The notes beneath the pieces were generated by a model. It did no database searches. It had not been told where the DNA came from and saw nothing but the letters and a program-made list of their open reading frames with translations. Position numbers and translations under genes: made by a program. A stretch of 64,000 bases of DNA from Gemmatimonadaceae bacterium (lineage in GTDB: Bacteria > Gemmatimonadota > Gemmatimonadetes > Gemmatimonadales > Gemmatimonadaceae). Positions 59,533-64,000 of this stretch are shown here, piece by piece. The stretch's first letter is position 1. Each line of letters begins with the position of its first letter. Where the stretch lies: the NCBI GenBank assembly GCA_044224875.1, contig JBGAJQ010000013.1:1-64000 (forward strand). Direction: 5' to 3'.

Positions 59533-62235
59533 TTGTTTTCACCCTTCATCTCCAAGGCGTTTTTGCGCGACGCGCGAGATCGTTCACTTCCTCCAGACCG
59601 CGAGGCATTCGTCGCGGCGGAGCCTCCCACGGGTCGCGTGATCGTGATTGCGCCGACACGTGCGGCGTGCGAGACGATTGAGCTGGCGATCGGGTTGCAT
59701 GTGCCGACCGTGCTGGAACGCGAACATGGGGAGGAGGTGCGAGCGCTGGCGGTGGCGGGGAAGGGTTTTGGCATCGTTGCGGGCACCGGCACGGGAAAGA
59801 CGCTGGCCATCCGGCCGATCGCCGAGAGCTTGCTGGGCACCACGGTGTTGCGAACTGGGGTCGTGAACCGCGAGCGCGAAGCGACGCCAGAGACGCCCAC
59901 GTGGAACGTCATCGTGGTCACCACAGGAATCGCCAGACGCTGGTTCCAGGATGGCGACATCCAGCGGCGCGACACGCTGATCGTGGACGAGATCCACCAG
60001 ACTTCCGCCGAGTTGGAGCTGTGTCTGGCGTTAGGCAAGCGAGTGGGATGCCGGTTCATCTGGTTGTCGGCAACGGTGGACCCCCGGTTCTACGCCGCGT
60101 ACCTCGGCTCGGACGCGGTCATTCACAGCGAGGCGTTTGACCCGTCGTGCGCCGCAGACGTCCGTGTGGTCCACGAGGATCCCCGCCGGTTCCTGAGCGA
60201 GCGATTCCTGCAGCAGGTCACGAAGCAGCGACGTGGCGTTGGGATGTTCCTTCCCACCCGGGCCGCGGTGGAGGAGGCGGCGGCGAACGTCTCTGAGCGT
60301 ATGCCGCGCATGGAGGCGGCCTTCTATCACGGCGGTGAGCCAATTCGCGTGATACGCCCCTTTCTGGAAGGCGAGGGCGTGGCCAAACCATTCTTCCTGT
60401 CGATGACCGCTGCGGGGCAGAGCGCACTGAATGTCCGTGGGCTGGACACGGTGATCATCGACGACACGCGCTTTGCGAACGTGGTGGAACGGGGGAAGAA
60501 CGTGCTTACGCGCACGCACCTGGGAGCGAACGAGATCCTGCAGATGGCCGGGCGCGTGCATGGCCGGGTCCGTGGGGGGCGCGTGTTCATCCTGAGCGAC
60601 CGGCAGATCGCCTTTGACTCGCTGCGGCCGACGGCGCCCGAGTTTCAGCTGGCGGGGGATGCGGAGCGGGTGGCACTGACCTGCGCCGCCCTGGGTGTGC
60701 GGGCCGACGAGTTGGAACTGCCGGTACCGCTGGATCGGACGTCGTACCGCGCGGCCATGCAGCGCCTGGAGGAACGCGGGCTGGTGGAGCGCGGCCGGCT
60801 GACGAAGTACGGCGGCGTCGTGGAGGCGCTGCCAGTCGAGCGACCGTGGGCCGAGTTGGTCGCGCACGGCGCCGACGCCCTCCTGCCGTACCTGGCCGTC
60901 ATGGCGTCGATAGAATCCCTGCATCGCATGACGCGTGAGGAGCGTGACCTGTCGGGGTTGGTGGTGGCGGGGAGCGACCACCTCACCAGCTACAACGTGT
61001 ACGCCGAGGCGTTCACGAGGGCGGGGTACATCGGCGAGGTCTACGGATTGCCGCGCCACCTCTTCGACGAGCGGGCGATCGAACGCTGGGCCGATCGACG
61101 GGGCGTGCTGGTGAAGGCCATCGAGGACGCCGCCCTGGCCATGGCCAGCGTGTACCGGAGTATTGGCGCCGACCTGCCCACGGCGATGCCGCAGGTACAA
61201 CCAGACGTCGAGCGTGACTTTCGTGAGCTCGTGGCGCGGATCATGCCCTTCGAGCTGGTGATCGACGAAACGACGGTCGACGGCGATGAAGCCCGCGTCT
61301 CCAAGACGAGCGTCTGCGGGTCATGGGGGCCCATCGCGGGCGACCTCCGTTACTTCGCCGATCGCTTTGGCATTCCCCGCGCCTCGATCGAGGGTACGCA
61401 ACTCTCGTTGAACCTGATCCGGCGTCACGCCAAGGCTGGCGACGGCGAACTGGTGTACGATGCCGACCGGAAACGGGCCGCCTTGGTGCTCAGGCGACGA
61501 GTACTCTACCACGGATTCGAATTGGAACGGGACGAGGAGGTGGTCGACCGGTTTCCCGCCGACCTCGTGGCCGAGGCGCGACATGTACTGGCGGAGGCCT
61601 TGGCGAGCGAGGTCGCGCGCCATCCAGCGGTTCGCCGCCACCGTGCGGAGATCGGCCTGATGCGCGAATGCTATCGGCGTTCGGGAGGACGTACGCGGCG
61701 GCTAGGCCTGGCTGAACTCACGGTCTTGTACGAGGCCGTGCTGACCGACGTGCATTCCATGCACGAGTTTGAGCAGGCGCCATTGAAGCTGTCGTTCGAG
61801 GGCTGGGTCCCAGCGGACGAGCTCGAGCGCTTGTTGGCGCTTCCCTCCGCCGTGGAGCTCCGAGGGCGCTCGATTCCCATCGAGTACGATTTGGAATCGG
61901 ACGACTCTTCAGAAGCGGCGCGTGGCGTGGCGCGATTAGTCCTGCCGGAGAAGATGGCACGGGCGATGGACGAGCGAGACGTGCCGGTACTCGATCGCCC
62001 GGTCCGGTTTGTCGTGCATCGTGGGCAGAACGCGGCCGTGCGGTCTGCCTCGCTGCGTGAGCTGCAACAGGCGCTGGCACGGCCATGGACGCCAACGGCT
62101 GACGAGTCGGCAGCGCGTGGCGGTCGCCCTGGGCGCGGCGCGCCAACCCGGCGCAACGAACGCGAGCTCCGCGACCGGCGCACGGGTGGACGCCGTGACG
62201 CTGGGCCCCGGGGTCGACGTCGCGGTCGCTCTTAA
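59533..62235 (+). CDS. DEAH/RHA-like (HrpA/HrpB-like) SF2 helicase
   Basis: AGTGTGKT, DEIH, LSAT, FLPT, QMAGRVHGR; Arg/Gly-rich tail; start uncertain. Confidence 0.85.
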   Translation: MFSPFISKAFLRDARDRSLPPDREAFVAAEPPTGRVIVIAPTRAACETIELAIGLHVPTVLEREHGEEVRALAVAGKGFGIVAGTGTGKTLAIRPIAESLLGTTVLRTGVVNREREATPETPTWNVIVVTTGIARRWFQDGDIQRRDTLIVDEIHQTSAELELCLALGKRVGCRFIWLSATVDPRFYAAYLGSDAVIHSEAFDPSCAADVRVVHEDPRRFLSERFLQQVTKQRRGVGMFLPTRAAVEEAAANVSERMPRMEAAFYHGGEPIRVIRPFLEGEGVAKPFFLSMTAAGQSALNVRGLDTVIIDDTRFANVVERGKNVLTRTHLGANEILQMAGRVHGRVRGGRVFILSDRQIAFDSLRPTAPEFQLAGDAERVALTCAALGVRADELELPVPLDRTSYRAAMQRLEERGLVERGRLTKYGGVVEALPVERPWAELVAHGADALLPYLAVMASIESLHRMTREERDLSGLVVAGSDHLTSYNVYAEAFTRAGYIGEVYGLPRHLFDERAIERWADRRGVLVKAIEDAALAMASVYRSIGADLPTAMPQVQPDVERDFRELVARIMPFELVIDETTVDGDEARVSKTSVCGSWGPIAGDLRYFADRFGIPRASIEGTQLSLNLIRRHAKAGDGELVYDADRKRAALVLRRRVLYHGFELERDEEVVDRFPADLVAEARHVLAEALASEVARHPAVRRHRAEIGLMRECYRRSGGRTRRLGLAELTVLYEAVLTDVHSMHEFEQAPLKLSFEGWVPADELERLLALPSAVELRGRSIPIEYDLESDDSSEAARGVARLVLPEKMARAMDERDVPVLDRPVRFVVHRGQNAAVRSASLRELQQALARPWTPTADESAARGGRPGRGAPTRRNERELRDRRTGGRRDAGPRGRRRGRS

Positions 62236-62735
62236 GTCGCCAGCTCGTACGTCTCTCTCTTGTACGGCGCAAACCCGCGAGCCACGTAGTTGGCCAAGGC
62301 CGACGGGTGATCCAGCGTGCAGGTGTGCAACCAAACGCGTGTTGGCTGCAGTTGCCATGCTTCCTCAGCGGCCCGGGCGAGCAGCCACTTGCCGACGCCG
62401 CGTCCGATCATCGATGGCGCCAGCCCAAAGTACGCGATTTCGACCGACCCATCGTCGTGACGCGCCAGCTCGAAGAATCCGGCGGGTTCATCCCCCTCCC
62501 GCAGAACCCAGACGGCGACGTTCGATGACGCCAGGTGCGACGCCAGCACCTCGTCGGTCCACTTGGTGCGATCTGTCCAGTGATAGTCGCGGCCCACGGA
62601 CTCGTACAACGCGCGATAGAGTGCCACGGGGCAGGGTCGCGGCCGCGTTAGGCTCAGCCCAGGAATCGTCGGCGCGGGCATGGAGAAGGGCTGCGGTGTC
62701 TCCATCGCCAGGTAGGTGCGCGTGACCGTTGTCAT
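62232..62735 (-). CDS. GNAT family N-acetyltransferase
   Basis: EIAYFGL...GRGVGKWLL...LHTCTLDHPSALANY..RGF. Confidence 0.9.
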   Translation of the reverse strand: MTTVTRTYLAMETPQPFSMPAPTIPGLSLTRPRPCPVALYRALYESVGRDYHWTDRTKWTDEVLASHLASSNVAVWVLREGDEPAGFFELARHDDGSVEIAYFGLAPSMIGRGVGKWLLARAAEEAWQLQPTRVWLHTCTLDHPSALANYVARGFAPYKRETYELAT

Positions 62736-62783
62736 TCGCCGCGTTGCGTGATGCCCTGTTGCAGCCTCCGAGGGAGAGCAGAC

Positions 62784-63491
62784 TCAGTCGGCGCGTACAT
62801 CCTCGATAGAGCGGGAGAGGCCATCCTTGGCGCGGAATCGCGCGGCCTTGGCCCGGTTGCCGCAGGTGGACATGTCGCACCACCGACGGCGGCCATTGCG
62901 CGTGGAATCGTAGAACACACGCGGACATCGCGGGTCACCGCAGCGGCGGACGCGGGCCAGTTCGCCGTTGATGAGAGCATCGGCGGCCGACTCCACGAGA
63001 GGGATCATCAGTCCGGCAAAGGCATCTCCAACGGGAACGAAGGCGCGGGTGAACGAGCCGTCGGTCCGCCATTCGACCCGCCGCGTGACGGCAGAGCGCC
63101 CGAGCACCCGATTGATTTCCAGCAAGGAATCGGTGCGCACCGATTCCGATTGGGCGCCGCGCTCGGCTAACGCGCGCAATGCAGCTCGAACGCGCCGCGC
63201 GTCGACCAGCGCGGCGGCCGCACCGGCTGGCTGTTGCTGAGCGCGACGACGCATGGTGGCGGCGCGCTCCACATCAAAGACTTCGGACGTCTCCATCCAG
63301 CGGACGAGCGACTCGAAGTCGCGGAGGTGGTCCACCCGAGTGCCACGGCGCACGTCGTCCGTGTTGACGTAGTCGAGCCAGAGACGCTCGGCGACAAACA
63401 CGAAGGAGCCCGTCGCGCGCGAGACCGAAAGGGAGCGCGACGCGGCGGGGAGTGTGCGATCGATCTGGAGCGGCATCGATGAAAGTCCCAT
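62784..63491 (-). CDS. ABATE/CGNR zinc-finger protein
   Basis: LWLDYVNT; RRCGDPRCPRVFYDSTRNGRRRWCDMSTCGNRAKA; start 63491 or 63476. Confidence 0.9.
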   Translation of the reverse strand: MGLSSMPLQIDRTLPAASRSLSVSRATGSFVFVAERLWLDYVNTDDVRRGTRVDHLRDFESLVRWMETSEVFDVERAATMRRRAQQQPAGAAAALVDARRVRAALRALAERGAQSESVRTDSLLEINRVLGRSAVTRRVEWRTDGSFTRAFVPVGDAFAGLMIPLVESAADALINGELARVRRCGDPRCPRVFYDSTRNGRRRWCDMSTCGNRAKAARFRAKDGLSRSIEDVRAD

Positions 63492-63652
63492 GACTGTCAC
63501 CTCAGCGTACGAGTCGGTGGCACGAAAGGCATCGGCGTTAGATTCTGCACAGGTACACGGATGCGCAAGCGGGAAGTTCACGGAAGCCGGGGGCCGAGCC
63601 GGGCATGGACCTGCCGGAATGGAAGAATCGGGAACAGGGAGGATGAGAACGC

Positions 63653-64000
63653 ATGAAGGAGCAGCGACCGCCGTTTCGATTGCGAGAGTACGTGCGGTGG
63701 GGTGATGTCGACCCCGCGCGGATCATTCGATACGACGCCTACACGCGCTTTTTTGAGCTGGCGGAGTCTGAATTTTTCCGTTCCTTGGGCTTCCCATATC
63801 GGGCCATTTTCGAGACGCTGGGTGTGGGCATCCCGCGTCGCGTCATGCACATGGACTTCGTGTCGCCGCCAGTCCTGGATGAGCAGCTGGAGGTTAGCCT
63901 CTACATCACGCAGGTGGGGACGACGTCCATGACGATGAACTTCGACTTCCATGGAGACGGGGGGCGTCTTCGGGCAACGGGCTACCTGGCTTGTTTGCGT
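63653..64000 (+). CDS. Acyl-CoA thioesterase (YbgC/4HBT hot-dog fold), 3'-truncated
   Basis: MKEQRPPFRLREYVRWGDVDPARIIRYDAYTRFFELAE; absent from the ORF track because there is no stop in the window. Confidence 0.85.
   Translation, partial: MKEQRPPFRLREYVRWGDVDPARIIRYDAYTRFFELAESEFFRSLGFPYRAIFETLGVGIPRRVMHMDFVSPPVLDEQLEVSLYITQVGTTSMTMNFDFHGDGGRLRATGYLACLR

Overview
High-GC (about 65-67% by eye) bacterial chromosomal segment with about 50 densely packed CDS. No rRNA, tRNA, CRISPR array, integrase or transposase was recognised. The protein repertoire resembles Gemmatimonadota, but this is my inference and has not been tested. Main blocks: a copper locus (copA, csoR, a Cys/His-rich leader-like ORF, a beta-barrel and a His-rich secreted protein); rhodanese/OsmC/ferredoxin; an amidohydrolase; a fused 2-oxoacid dehydrogenase E1; HIT; a small HNH nuclease behind a structured leader; a 2895-aa DUF11-repeat surface protein with a C-terminal barrel plus an OmpA lipoprotein; nadE; PBP1A; an M8-like protease; a TonB receptor/SBP/hybrid kinase/GGDEF-EAL operon; a split Aer-like chemoreceptor; GMC oxidase with an ABC permease; lon; two tandem Ser/Thr kinases (one broken by a deletion); a frameshifted baeRF1-type gene with Hsp20; a DEAD helicase; pfkA; and a DEAH-like helicase with rearranged motifs. 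Not shown by the ORF track: an Rdx/SelW selenoprotein with an in-frame UGA and SECIS-like hairpin (57521-57757), and a window-wide over-represented heptamer GTTAGGC/GCCTAAC that is most densely clustered just upstream of the HNH gene.
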